The notes under the pieces: generated by a model
The model's database searches: none
Told to the model about the DNA's origin: nothing
Seen by the model: the letters and a program-made list of their open reading frames with translations, nothing else
DNA from: Octopus bimaculoides
Taxonomy: Eukaryota
Length of the DNA stretch: 64,000 bases
Assembly (NCBI RefSeq): GCF_001194135.2
Contig: NC_068998.1
Location: 23,916,185-23,980,184 of the forward strand
Direction: 5' to 3'
In this document: piece after piece, positions 13,310 to 28,014 of the stretch
Layout: the number at the start of each line of letters is the position of its first letter
Position numbering within the stretch: position 1 is the stretch's first letter
Translations under genes and position numbers: made by a program

Positions 13310-13779
13310 CCGTTATTATTGTTATTTCGAAATCTTAGTGGCTAAAAATACAAAGTTAGTGTCTGGCGGAGATAACTTAAATCAGAGTGGACAAACCTCT
13401 TTTATCCTCATCAGGCAAACTTTTCTATATACGGATCTACAAATAACAGTCAATCTTTCTTATCTTTACTCTTCTACCTACAAGTCATTACATACTTCGT
13501 GTGACCCAACGCAGGATAACCTTCTTAAAAGAGGGAAGACATATGTCTTAGAGCTTCTTTGAACAAATCTGTCTAGTGTGGCGGCACATTTTTCCTTCTT
13601 GTGTAAATAAATTGGAATACTAAATTTCGTGTCTGGGATCCTGGAAGAACTGCTGGAGCAAACGTCCAAACTTATAGCCTAAATGTTAATTAATGCCGTG
13701 AAATCCCCACCCTAAAACTGTTGGAACATTCACGGCAAAAAACAAAACACCCACCAGAAATCAAAATACAAAGCAAAAT

Positions 13780-14720
13780 TAAACTCGAGAGAAATGTAAA
13801 TAAGTAATGAAAGCTTTTTACACAGTACTGAATAGACCACAAGATAATACCACTGAAAAGTCATACATCGAATACAGAAACACAGTTGCTGAAAACGCGA
13901 CCAAATATGAATGCCAATGAACTAGGATATGCTAGGACATGTAGGAATATGCTAAGAAAGAAAAGACTCGGACCAGCTGGACTGGATGTAATAAGGGTTC
14001 AACCCATCCACGCTTATGATGAATTCTTACAAAATGAAAACAAAGGATGCTAGAATACCTGTCGTAACATTACTTAAGATGAGTAAATAAGATCAGCGAC
14101 TACGAATGCAATGAAGAGGACAAAAAGTGAGTTCCAGAAAAGCAGATAATGAAGACGATACTCCACTTCTAAAAGAATATAAAAAGGAAATCGTAGCAGC
14201 CGAGGTGGATATCTTTTGAGAATTGATTATAATCTTATACATTGAAATCGACAGAAACCAGCTGCTGAAATTCCAACACAATCTAAAAAATGCATAGAAG
14301 ATTAAAGTGTATGAAGCAGCTATGAAAGAAACGCTGAGAAAAACTGATCTAACAACTTGCAGTAACAGTAAATACTGTATAGCAAAGGCTCTCAGCAACG
14401 AAAAGGAAAGGACAAACATGTCAACAAGTAACCGAAGTGGTGGGTCTAAACAGAAAATGAAATTAAATATTCTAAGAGGAGAATAACTGATGGCTAATGA
14501 GCTTTTGAAGGAAATAAAAGTCAAAACGCGAAAAGTAAGAAACATTGAAAAATAAAATAAAATTACAGATGAACATTGCATGGAAGTCAAAGCACAACAG
14601 GTTAGAATATACAGAAAAAAACAAATAAATAAAAGGAAATTCTATAAAGATAAACATAAGATTTTATAAACGAGTGCAAAGAAATGATATTGAAAAGCGG
14701 AAACAACCAACAGAAATAAA
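13780..14720 (+). mobile_element. R4/Dong-clade ORF N-terminal remnant
   Basis: RPNMNANELG and VKAQQVRIYRKKQ...KFYK...P resemble conserved pre-RT blocks of R4/Dong ORFs; many stops. Confidence 0.6.
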
Positions 14721-16510
14721 GGATTCACCTCTAGCTTGTGTTATATTGATGTTGCAGGTATGAGTTGCTGGTTGGTTTGCGGAAGCTGGATGTAATGGTT
14801 TAACGACACCAAGCATACAGTTAAACATTATCTATTATCGCCGCGCAAATCATATGAAGTTGGTCGCGCATTACAAATTTGCACGTAGAGTCAGCAAGGT
14901 GAGACAAATTCAGTGTAACATTGGTTAAACACAAGTAATAAATATATACATGTGCCGTTTCATGTCATCTACTACAATCGCATATCCGTTAAGCATTCAG
15001 TTGTTAGAACGACTAAGAAAGAGTGTGTATTTCGTACCGTGACAAAGGACAGACTGGAGTTTGATGTCGAAAAGGGTTCTATTGCTAGCACTTGTAGGGA
15101 ACTAGTTCTAAGGCCTTCCAAAATCGTCTTTCACGTGATGTCTGGCTTATGATTGGATAATAACTTGGCTGCACGCATAATCAAGCTGTAGCTATGTCGT
15201 GGCTTGAAATCCCCAATGTGGCAACACGAGTTCGCGTCCTACTAAACACCCAATATGAGTGAAGTTGAGAAACTTTGGGAAAACATTAAGGGTAAATTGA
15301 CAGTATATATCAAAGAAGCACACTGGATTAACTGAGAATATGAAAGGATGGAAGATGTTAAACAACAACAATAGGTAGGGGTTGAGGCGTGGTGATTTTT
15401 GAAAGTCATAAAGGCATATGTAAGAATGAAAGTAAATCAGAACAATCGAGCTGAATGCGATATGGCTATCCTCTGAGAACATCCGGCAATCATCATCATA
15501 CATACAACAGAAGAAAATAAGAAGACGGGTTTTCTTCAAACTTCCAGTTCATATCTCAAAGAATATTTCAAAAGAAAACCAGGCTTGCTTTTCCAGCCGG
15601 TGGTCGTAAACGAGTGATTCGGAGTAGTGGAGTGGAAATCAGAGCCTTTCAGGTATAATATATGTATAAAAGAATACTCTACTTCACTTTTGGTGAATCA
15701 GTATATATGTGTGTGTGTGTGTGTGTGTGCATGTGTGCGTGCGTGCGCGCGTGTGTGTTGGTGTGTGTGTGTGAATTAAATATAGAGATATTCTATTGAC
15801 ATTCAATAATTTACTTACATTATAATTTAAATAGATAAAAGAGTTGTATTGAAGATCTGTTTATATATATTTTGTAGTAGTTACACGCAGGAGAATACTT
15901 ATATTCTTAATGATATACATTTATATACCCACATATATTATTATTGTATGTTGTGAGCAGAAGAGGCTATCTTGGACATAAAAGGGTTTCAATTGTTATG
16001 TGTTTGAGATATAATGAAGTAAATGTCGATGGATGTAGATAGCACTTACTTGATTGTATCGTCCATTAAAATATTTTTGTTGTTTTTTAATTGTAATTGA
16101 TGTAAGATTGAATTGAATAATTAACGCTCCCGCTCATAACACAGACATTTGAATTAATTTTTACAATCCAACCGTCCTTTCCAGACGAGTTTCTGCATCA
16201 CATTAGCCGATTATGTATATCAGAAAAATATATACATATAATTCGAAACAATATGTTGGGCTTTAACGGTTTTTATAATTATTTATATAATATTATGTTG
16301 TATTATATTTATCGTATTTAATGTAATATTGTAATATATATGAATTATTGAATGTTACAAGAATATTTGTATATTTAATTTATCTTTATTATAGAATTAT
16401 ATAAATATTTATATGGTATCCAACTGAAGTACCGGTGAAATGGATGTTTAACACACCCCTTTGAAGGATTTATTTTTCCTCAGTTTGTTACTTTATATAT
16501 ATATATATAT

Positions 16511-17272
16511 NNNNNNNNNNNNNNNNNNNNNNNNNNNNNNNNNNNNNNNNNNNNNNNNNNNNNNNNNNNNNNNNNNNNNNNNNNNNNNNNNNNNNNNNNN
16601 NNNNNNNNNNNNNNNNNNNNNNNNNNNNNNNNNNNNNNNNNNNNNNNNNNNNNNNNNNNNNNNNNNNNNNNNNNNNNNNNNNNNNNNNNNNNNNNNNNNN
16701 NNNNNNNNNNNNNNNNNNNNNNNNNNNNNNNNNNNNNNNNNNNNNNNNNNNNNNNNNNNNNNNNNNNNNNNNNNNNNNNNNNNNNNNNNNNNNNNNNNNN
16801 NNNNNNNNNNNNNNNNNNNNNNNNNNNNNNNNNNNNNNNNNNNNNNNNNNNNNNNNNNNNNNNNNNNNNNNNNNNNNNNNNNNNNNNNNNNNNNNNNNNN
16901 NNNNNNNNNNNNNNNNNNNNNNNNNNNNNNNNNNNNNNNNNNNNNNNNNNNNNNNNNNNNNNNNNNNNNNNNNNNNNNNNNNNNNNNNNNNNNNNNNNNN
17001 NNNNNNNNNNNNNNNNNNNNNNNNNNNNNNNNNNNNNNNNNNNNNNNNNNNNNNNNNNNNNNNNNNNNNNNNNNNNNNNNNNNNNNNNNNNNNNNNNNNN
17101 NNNNNNNNNNNNNNNNNNNNNNNNNNNNNNNNNNNNNNNNNNNNNNNNNNNNNNNNNNNNNNNNNNNNNNNNNNNNNNNNNNNNNNNNNNNNNNNNNNNN
17201 NNNNNNNNNNNNNNNNNNNNNNNNNNNNNNNNNNNNNNNNNNNNNNNNNNNNNNNNNNNNNNNNNNNNNNNN
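16511..17272. other. Assembly gap (N) flanked by (AT)n
   Basis: Run of N. Confidence 1.
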
Positions 17273-17296
17273 TATATATACATATATATATATATA

Positions 17297-17375
17297 GGTG
17301 CAGGCGTGGCTGTGTGGTAAGAAGCTTACTTTGTAGTAGAAGACATTTGCCTAAGGTGCCACGCAGTGGCACCTT
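17297..17375 (+). mobile_element. Rearranged SINE family A head with internal inversion
   Basis: Sense head to 17331, then the reverse complement of the ccactgcgtggcaccttgggcaagtgtcttctacta block, ending in hairpin AAGGTGCCA-cgcag-TGGCACCTT. Confidence 0.75.
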
Positions 17376-17449
17376 CGGTATATATATAAATAAATAAATA
17401 TATATATATATATACCTCTGAACGAGGTATAAACAGCAACTGCACGATG

Positions 17450-17755
17450 ACGCGAAGTATATTTGCCACTTAAATGTGGCTAACAACTGAGGGTGGATGC
17501 TACTGTAGCTTGTAGCTTGTAACCCGATGACCGGTGATTGTCGTGCGCTGATGACGGGTAAATACCTAGAAACCCGGGTCCGGGCGTATCACGTCAGGTC
17601 AAAGATGGGAAGGATGGCTTCCCTTTGCAAATACTAATAGGGCAGAGAAAGTGTGTCAATAACCAGCTGGAGGAGGTGTCCTCCTGGGGCTACAATCTAC
17701 AGTAGCATCCACCCTTAGCGGTTAGCCACATTGAAGTGGCAAATATTCTTCACGT
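17450..17755. mobile_element. Small element with 67-bp imperfect inverted arms enclosing a hammerhead motif
   Basis: Arms 17450-17516 and 17689-17755 are reverse complements (acgYgaagWatatttgccactt...gtggatgctactgtag.ttgtagc); (TA)n tracts lie on both sides. Confidence 0.85.
17542..17586 (+). ncRNA. Type I minimal hammerhead ribozyme motif (GUC site)
   Basis: CGUGCG-CUGAUGA-C GGGU AAAU ACCU A-GAAA-CCCGGG-UC-CGGGCG. Canonical core, stem I 5/6 paired, palindromic stem III ACCCGGGU, C.A mismatch at the base of stem II. Confidence 0.75.
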
Positions 17756-18193
17756 ATATATATATATATATATGTATTCTGTGACGTTTTTATATCAGCC
17801 TATCAAATTCGAACTCAGTCCAATACTCACGTTGTATTTTTGCTTTTCTACAATTTTGCAATATTATGTACTATAGTATTAGAAGTACTTTCGTATTTTA
17901 TGTAAGTAACATAGTAAAATATAAGCGTATATCTTTTTAGCTATTAACAAGCTTCAGGCTAATGTTTATGCAGTAGCACCATTAACGGTCAGCAAATGTA
18001 CTTCGCGTTTATATTTCAGTCGATATTAATATTCTTCTTCACATTATTGTCCACTCACAGACTAGTTTAAGCTTTTAAATGAAATTCATTTCTTTTACTC
18101 TTCAAAATAAAAAAAATTGTAAAATGAAGCTGCTTATAGTTGCTCTACAGTTAATATGTCCCGTTGCTCGCTCATTTTTTTTTTATCAAGATA

Positions 18194-18615
18194 GGCGTAG
18201 GAGTGGCTGTGTGGCAAGTAGCTTGCTTACTAACCACATGTTTCCGGGTTCAGTCCCACTCCGTGGCACCTTGGGCAAGTGTCTTCTACTATAGCCTCGG
18301 GCCGACTAAAGCCTTATGAGTGGTTTTGGTAGACGGAAACTGAAAGAAGCCCGTCATATATATGTATATATATGTGTGTGCGTGTTTATGTTTGTGTCTC
18401 TGTGTTTGTTCCCCCCCCCCCCAACATCGCTTGACAACTGATGCTGATGTGTTTACGTCCCCATAACTTAGCGGTTCGGCAAAAGTGACCGATAGAATAA
18501 GTACTAGGCTTACAAAGAATAAGTCCTGGGGTCGATTTGCCCGACTAAAGGCGGTGCTCCAGCATGGCCACAGTCAAATGACTGAAATAACTAAAAGAGT
18601 AAAAGAGTAAAGAGT
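18194..18615 (+). mobile_element. SINE family A, full length, CpG-rich
   Basis: tRNA-like head, CORE-like block, internal (TG) microsatellite, tail ending in (AAAGAGT) repeats. Confidence 0.9.
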
Positions 18616-21600
18616 ATAGCCGTACCTATTCAAACCTAGATATCGGAAAACGCTTATGGCGGTAGATTTCATTTTAAATTTCATGTTCGAGGGCTTGTTA
18701 TTCAAGCGCCTATCATGTGTGCAGAGAGAGTCAAGTGTAATCCCTGTACCGACGGCTTCATAAGAAACCAAATTTGGCGCTATAGTTCAGAGATAGTTCG
18801 GATTTACCTCGCTTGAGGCCTAGATAAAGTCTCCTCCAAAGCTGTTTTCATGCCTACATACTTCAACCAGCGCTATTTTTTATAATAGCTTCCTTCGCAG
18901 ATAATCACCAATTCGGAGATGATAAAAATCAACACCATATTGATTTGGTAGCATTGTGCTGACCAGTTAAATAATTCAGATTTCAACTCCTGTAAATATG
19001 GTTATAATTAGACGCTGTCTGCTTTTTATGAAGTTCAGTACAATTGTGGCAATAAGTATCTATATAAATTGCCATCAAGTCTTGTCACACCACATGCTAC
19101 ACGCTGATAGAAAGCCATCTTGTTGGCTTTACCAGATTGTAAAATGGAGAAATACATTTGATATTTCAGCTAAGAAATGTTGGATAGCCGGATTTCACAA
19201 TTGTGTGTTTCTTATATATAAAATTATTTATATTCCCTTAACTAATCAAGTGCTATACAACTTATTGAACGTCATAACGACACAGATTTATACTGCTGCA
19301 ATGGATTGATCATCGAGCAAATTCTTCTTACAGAATGGTGGAACTCTTGGAGTATTCAACTCTAGGAGGAATATTTTTTTACATGGATTATTCTGCCATG
19401 AATATTCTTACAGAACCTAATGATGTTTACATGCGGATGCTCATAGGGGAAAAACAAATGACATTTTTAAGCACTTATGTGGAGGACTTCACTGTATGAT
19501 GTTGTGTTACCAAAAACACACCACTGAACACTTCGATATTATATTACGAAAATTTCCCCCCATGTGTCAAAGATGCTGCTCTTTCAAGTTCGACTTGCTA
19601 GATCATATTTCCATGATTAAATTTAGTAAGTACACTTACTCTAACTCGTTCCAATCTGAGCTTGCTAAATATATACAATTATTTAAGAACTCATATAAGT
19701 TTATATTATCGGATAAGATTAACAACCAACACGAAATACAATTATGATATGCATTCTTAATTATTAATCAATAGCACCATAGATAAATCCCAGAGGTCAG
19801 ACCTAGACACGATTGTGTTAACATAGAAACTAAAGCCTTTCCCATAGAGTTCCACTAAGATTAAACTGAAAGATTTCATTACACTGACTTTAGCGATAGA
19901 CTTAGATGTAGACTAATTAGCCCGGCTAAGATGATGCTGGGTTTAGCAAGGAAAAGGATTTTAAGAGATATTGATAATAAAATTAAGTAATCGTCTAACA
20001 AGTTACTACGCTCCAATAGCTTCTCGGTGATATCTTGATTCGAATACATTCGAATCTCTGTCGCAAAATGAGGTAGAGTTTACACTGTAATTTGTAACCA
20101 TTGACGAACAACAAACCTCAATCACATTAGTCATGCACATAAAACACTCTTATTGAGTGGCCGATCTCTTTGGACCTAATACAAATAGCTGTTGTGACAC
20201 TTCATTGTTTCAATGAGTTCGCATTACAGCGCGTTAAATGGCATATATATGACTGGTTTATACATATTAAACCATCTAAATTCAAAATTCCCTAATCTCT
20301 GTGTAGCGGTGATTCAAAACCGAATCACTAGTTACACGGTCAGACATTCCGACCGAACCACAATTGTTCGCCATGATCAATCTATTAAGCAACCAATCAG
20401 CCCAAGCCATCATGTGATTTAGTCTTCTAAAATTTTGTTTTTGTACCCTATAAAAGACCGCTTTGCACGGTAATTAATCGCAAAATATTGAGGCAGTTGA
20501 GCATCATGTGTCCGTTTTCTTGCCACGCCAGGAGACCCGGGCAGACGACCCAGGAAGTCAGCCAAAACAGACGGCTGCGACAGATTGATCAAGAAAATCC
20601 GTCACCACAAAGATAGCACAATTGAATCCAAATATTTTAGGCAAATCTCATGTTGTTGTACGAATAGGTTTCTGTAACCATAGAGCAGTATCTCTCTCCA
20701 AGTCTGTAATTACTGCAGACTGTAAATGGCCAATGCAGTTGGTGACAATAAATTCTTCTTTAAAATGTTCCCAGTTGCTGTTTATTTACTTTTCACACAG
20801 CCAAGAAACATTTTCATTCATTAATTCAACCAGTTACTATAGCAGACTTGACAAAACAGCGTAATAATAATATAACCCGTGGCAACAGTACTGGTATACT
20901 GAGATGTCACTTTGCTAGTGTCACACAATTATGATGATAATGATAAGGATTCCTTCCGAAAAAAAGTTTATTTCCACCAATAGTTCGGGAGGACATGGAA
21001 TTTCTATTAGCACGAAATTACCAAGGAGCGATCTTTTTATTTTTTTTTTTATTTTTAGATGTTACCTTAGATCTCAAAACTCATTCCAGATCTTTTTTGT
21101 TGCTGTCAACAATTTGGAAATTTTAAAGTTAATTGAAAATTAATGTAATTTTTCACACTGAATCCAAATTCGCGATTCATTTATCCCCAGAAAGACTTAG
21201 AAAAATGATGCAGAGGTTCAAAGCTTGATCATTTTTAGTCCAATCAGAAAGCAGAAATTGGAAACTCCGCATTTTCTGCATGATAGCTGTCTGTCACAAA
21301 GCGATAGACAGAGATAACACAGATACAAATGGTTGCTCGTCAAAACCTGTGGTAATGGTTGTGGTGATGTAAGTCTTACAATTTGAAAGCACTGCGTTCT
21401 AGTTATAATGTAAAACCGGGTTGACTACATCGTTGCTCAATACTATGGGAGCAGACAGTAACATTAAATTTGTGATCACGTGTATACTTGTGACTTTTGA
21501 TTGGTTGAAATTACTCAAAATTTGCAAACTTTAAAACGAAAATGAATTTTATTGTCATAATTACATAATTACATATAAAACTAATCGGTATATAAACAAA

Positions 21601-22307
21601 TTTGAAAATAATTGAAACAAAATTGAAAAAATACAAAATCTGAGACAGCTACTGAAAATATCCCTAACTCTTATAATAACCCTTCCATAAGGCCCCGCAA
21701 AAAGTCAAACTGTATTAATAAATACTCTCACCACCCACCTGTTATATTTAAACAGTTAATTCCTAACATTGAATATAAAATCACATTATTTATTTACCAG
21801 GAAGAAAAGCATTCCCATAAGACTTTACAAGATCACAGTTTTACTGGTTAAATCTTTTTATACCCGTCCTTCTCTTCTACCATCTAATCAGAAGAATTGG
21901 TTCCAAATGTTTTACGGTCAAAAAGAGCTCCATGTGGTCACGTCAAAAACTGCATTTTGTAAAGAACCTAAAAAGCTCCAGCGACTATATAAATAACAAA
22001 AGTGAGATATTTTCTTCATGTCCGCAGTACATCTTAGTGGGAATGAAAGCTAAGCCACTGGACAGACCATAATACATTCTAGTATTCATTTAAGGTACTT
22101 TTGACATCTGTAAAAAAGAAATTGCCTATAATTGCAGTGAAGTTATCTACCATTGATTGTTCACTGTCCTTTTCAAGATAGTTTTGTTCATTCAAATCTG
22201 GATTACATTAAACACAATTACTAAACCATTTTGTTGACTTTAAATTTCCTTCAGAAAATACTGGATAATTGAATTTTGTAAGACCATTGACCTTCTTATT
22301 TATAATA

Positions 22308-23555
<1,248 letters not shown>

Positions 23556-24689
23556 AGTTGTGAATTATCTTCTCCTTTTGTTCTTTTTTCTTTTTTCCTT
23601 CTTTCCTTTTCCTCTGTCTTTCTTGCCCTTTTGTTTTTCTATCACATGTCTTTGCAAATTAACAATTCCGTAACATTATTTTAATGGCCTACCAATATAT
23701 ACAGAGAGTTTTTTGCCATACGTGTCAGGATGACACTCGGCAAGAAATAGAAACAAAATTGAAAAAAGAGGATAGTGATGATAATATATACACACACTCA
23801 CACTTACACATAAGACCTTTGAGTTCTTAAATGCCAGGTATTATGCTAGCAATGAACGTTGTCAGCTGAGAAATACATAACAAGTGCTTTAGAAATTCTC
23901 AAAAATATTCTTTGTTTAATCCTCGGGGGACACATTTATCTTAGGTGAAAGGCAGTAGTTCTTCAAATGAAAAATAAAATATCCTTGGAACAAATTTCAC
24001 CAATCCGACTGATTTTAGTGTAACTTTATTTATCCACCTAGAAACGATTAGAGGTAAATTAAATGGAAACAAGTTTTGAACCCAAAGCACAGAACAAGCA
24101 ACACAAGATATTTTATTGAATGCTGCACTGATTCTGTTTATTCAATGTCTGTACATACATACATACATACACACACATATATTTATAGCTTTGTATGTTT
24201 GTGTGTTTATACATATATATATATTTTTAAGGGTGTGCGTATGTACACTTGTGTGTGTGTATGAACACACATTTGTGTTGCAGGCATTTATAAAATGGTA
24301 AAATTTTTAGAAAATATAAACATGATAAATAACATTAGTATTTTAGATGAAATTAGAAGATATTCAGAATCTTTTATATTCTAAAGGGCAAAAAACTGAG
24401 CAAGTAGGAAAGAAAATTCTAAATTGTCGAATTTCTTCTGAATTAATCTTACCTCCTTTTGAGACATTCTATATGAATTCAATTTTCTTTCATCTAAATT
24501 TTGCTTACTCTGCTGAGTGGAATTACAGCCAAGCCCACCTTAGGATATTAATTTAATGCCTTTGCCGTAAGCAGTTATTTTCCTGCACAAATACTTTTAT
24601 CCTTGCACTATCCTATTTGCTAAATATCTTTTAGTTGTACCTGAAATCTCAGCACAAATACTCTCACACATTCACAAAGATAATTAGAT

Positions 24690-24819
24690 AAACACAGCAC
24701 ACACACACACACTCACTAGTACACACAAGTACACGCACTCACACGCACACAAACACACACACATAAGTACACACACACAAGTACACACAAGTACACACGC
24801 TCACACACACACAGAAGTA

Positions 24820-24861
<42 letters not shown>
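24690..24861 (+). repeat. Compound (CA)n with recurring AGTACAC units
   Basis: Six AGTACAC units counted by eye within a CA tract. Confidence 0.85.
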
Positions 24862-24862
<1 letters not shown>

Positions 24863-25909
24863 CGAATTGTGGCAAGACCATATGCAAGCATACTGCTAGA
24901 TCAGCAAAAACGACACGACATATTTGTCAACCTATGTGAAAGAGGAAAACTTTAGATCTTAAAGGAATATTTTATTCTTATTATTGTATTATTTACATGT
25001 TCTACAATAACAGCATAATAAAAATTCTTAACAAAACTTTTTGAGTGAGATTTTTGCCACTTTCTTCTTTTAAGCAAATGTAAAACCTTCATTTATTTAT
25101 TGCTACAATTTCTTTCATATTTGATTTACTTTATTCTTTTTTACTTGCGTCACTTTACACGAGGCAGAACACACTACTTTGCTATTTATTACTATGAATA
25201 TTGGTGTTTTAACTCACTGCAATGAATATTTGCAGCATAACTATATCGATGTTGGGATTGAGCTGTGTTTCAAACTTTGGCTTTGCAACATATATGCTTT
25301 GCGGTTCAATTTCAGAGCAAGGCAACTTCATGATATTCTTTCTCTATAGATTCGTAATCCCAAAAAAACTTTTGCAAAGTGTAGAGTGTACAGAAATTCG
25401 TCAAACACACACGCACACATGTACATATGCTTACACATACATATTTATACACACGCACATAGATATACGTACATGTGTGAGTGTGTGTGTGTGTGTGTGT
25501 AGTAACAATCAGTAGAAGTACTACAAAAGCAGGGTGCAATAATTTTCTTAGGACTATCCTATGGTCTCCTCCTATAGAGTTTCTCAGACATGCACCCTGT
25601 CCCTTAGACATAAGAAGAATCTGTGATGGACAGAAATGCGGAAATTTGACTTCAGAGAAACTGAGACACCTGATCAACAGAAATATCATTAATAGGTTTT
25701 TGACTGGATCAGTAAAGGAGAATGATGAGAAGAAAATTTGTCAGCAAATGTACAGGCATGCACAGCAATGCAAACACGCACACACACACACACACAAAAA
25801 TATACATGCACAAACACCACAAATGCCTGCACACTCAAGCTTTAGGTACAACTAGAGAGCAGACAAGAATAATAGTAGAGATAAAAACAGGTCGATGGTG
25901 AAATGATAA

Positions 25910-28014
25910 CACTGGTCTGCACTCAGGAATTTTTTTTTTTATTATTTTTATTCATGGATGTGATGTCACATATTCTTGGGGTCCTGATTCTAAATATCTA
26001 AGCCATTATATAATAAAAAATAATAAAATAATAAAAAATTGTGAATTTTTAAGAAATTTTTTTTATTAAAATGAAGCAAATAATCAAGGAAAAGCACATT
26101 CTGTTAGTTTTAAGAACATATGTTTTCCAAATCAACATGAAATGAATCAGATTTATCAACATCAAAGCAAATGAATGTAAAAAATATGCTCCCAATGGTT
26201 AGCCTAAATATTGATTCAAAGGAAGGAGGACCGCTTCCATTTCCACTTGTATTGTGCATTGGAACGATCATGTTTCAATGACTAGCAGTAATCCACCATC
26301 ATGTTGACATTCCACTTGCCCTTGTATCGAGTTTTTATGGTGCAAATGTCTTGATGGAGCCGTTCTCCTTGTTCTTCACTGTAGTCCCCACAATTCTTGG
26401 GAAAATAGTCAAGATACGAGCGCAAAAAAATTCATCTTGACACTCATTCTAGACCCAAGTTGTTGGAAACTTGATATCAGGTCTTGAATCATTTTTTCAT
26501 ATTTTGGGGAGTGGATGTTTCCCAAGAAGTTTTGGACAATCTTCTTGTAGGAAAACCAGGCATTCATTTCGATACCTGTTAATGCTTGTCCCTCAGCAAT
26601 TCCCGAATCTGAGGTCCAACAAAGATTCTTGTTTTTAGCTTTCCTTCACTTTTACGTGGAAAATTTGACTCTGGGTACTTGAAAGCAGCTCCATTCTTGT
26701 TCAGAGCCTTCGCAAAAGTTTTCATAAGCCCTAATTTGATGTGGAGTGGTGGCAGCAGAATTTTATTTTATTTTTTTGTTTGGTGGGGGTGGGGTTAACT
26801 AGTGGCACAGCTTTCACATTATGATTTCCAGGTAAGAAGCTGGTTCTTGGCAGCCAGTCTTTTTGTTTATAGTGCTGGCTGTCTGCCCCATTATCCCAAA
26901 GACACAGAAAACAGGATACTTGAAGATCTAGTAGGAAAGCAATAACTTTTATATCACCACAAATGAGAAAATTGTGATTATGTTACTTGATTGCAGTTAT
27001 TATTGTCTTCATATTTTCATAAGTTTCTGGCATTTGGACGCTATGGCCTATTGGCACAGATGCAGCTGTGTTGGCATTATAGAGAACAGCTTTTAAACTT
27101 CTGTTAGAAGAATCAATGAAGAGCCTCCCTTCATCTCTTTTGTACAACATACCCATGTGTTCAATAAGGACTGAGTGAATTCTGCTTCACCATGACGGTA
27201 TCGGGCGAGTGTTGTTCCAGGAGCTAGAAGCAGTCTAAAGCCAAGTAACTGTACACTTCCTTTTGGAAGGTTAATGTCTCTAACCAAGTCCTTGAGCTCA
27301 ACTTTGTGAAGAATTTGGGGTTGTCATTTGTTGGTGGCTCATAGTCTACTTCCATCTCATTAGCATCACTAGTATCAGACTCTGATGAAATTTCCTGTGT
27401 CTCAGGTGGCACAGGTACAGGAATATCATCTGAGTGTGAAACAGGCCTTATTGCTGAAGGAATATTTGAGTATATTATGTGATTTTAGTCTTCTTGTTGA
27501 ATCCAAAGTAGTAGTCATCATAATGGTTCATCTGCTTCTGCCATACAGTTGGTACTCCAAAGGGCATACATTAAGGTTTTCCAACTTACCACATTTGAAG
27601 CATACCGATGCATCTCTTGAAATCTTTGTGGGGTGCAAATGGCTTGTCCTGGTCTCCCAATTTGAAGCCAAAATAAGCTAAATAGCAGCACTTCAACAAA
27701 GGAGTAAAACTTGAAAGGGTGAATTGCCCACAGACAAAGCAGAATATATCTGGGGTATTGATGCACCCTCTAGACATATTCACAGACTGAAACTAAAGAA
27801 AAATATATTAGATTTGACATTTAAGTCAATATAAGGTAAGCATTTTAATTTACCATTTACTGATGTTATACATAAAGAGAAAAGTAACGCCTCCATATAA
27901 CTTGACAACCTGATGTAATAGAGATGAATAAAAAACACAAAGACTCATTATTTTTCTTATATATTCAGAAAAAGGTACCATACAGACAATAGAAAAAAAT
28001 CATGCAGACCAGTG
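25910..28014 (-). mobile_element. Chapaev3 (CMC) DNA transposon, complete ends, pseudogenised transposase (26216-27783)
   Basis: Perfect 12-bp TIR CACTGGTCTGCA and TAA TSD (25907-25909, 28015-28017). Transposase motifs CINTPDIFCFVCG, LGDQDKPFAPH, RLFIDSSNRSLKAVL, ICGDIK, CFLCLWD, ILLPPLHIKLGLMK, IFVGPQIR, SEEQGERLHQD. Family name is from recall of CAC termini plus TWA TSD. Confidence 0.85.

Noticed and set aside
14093-14590. 165-aa hydrophobic minus-strand ORF
   Set aside because: Antisense shadow of the A-rich R4/Dong remnant.
14750-15660. Promoter or first exon (CpG-richer, CAG|gtataa donor at about 15652)
   Set aside because: No open frame reaches the donor; motifs too short to support without expression data.
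16461-17486. Long ORFs of 267-332 aa
   Set aside because: Artefacts of the N gap.
20380-20870. CCAAT/ETS-like promoter motifs and a protein-like minus-strand frame
   Set aside because: Short motifs expected by chance; the frame has stops and no identifiable family.
24862-24960. piggyBac cysteine-rich tail (NCGKTICKH...C)
   Set aside because: Too short, frameshifted, and no catalytic domain or TIR nearby.
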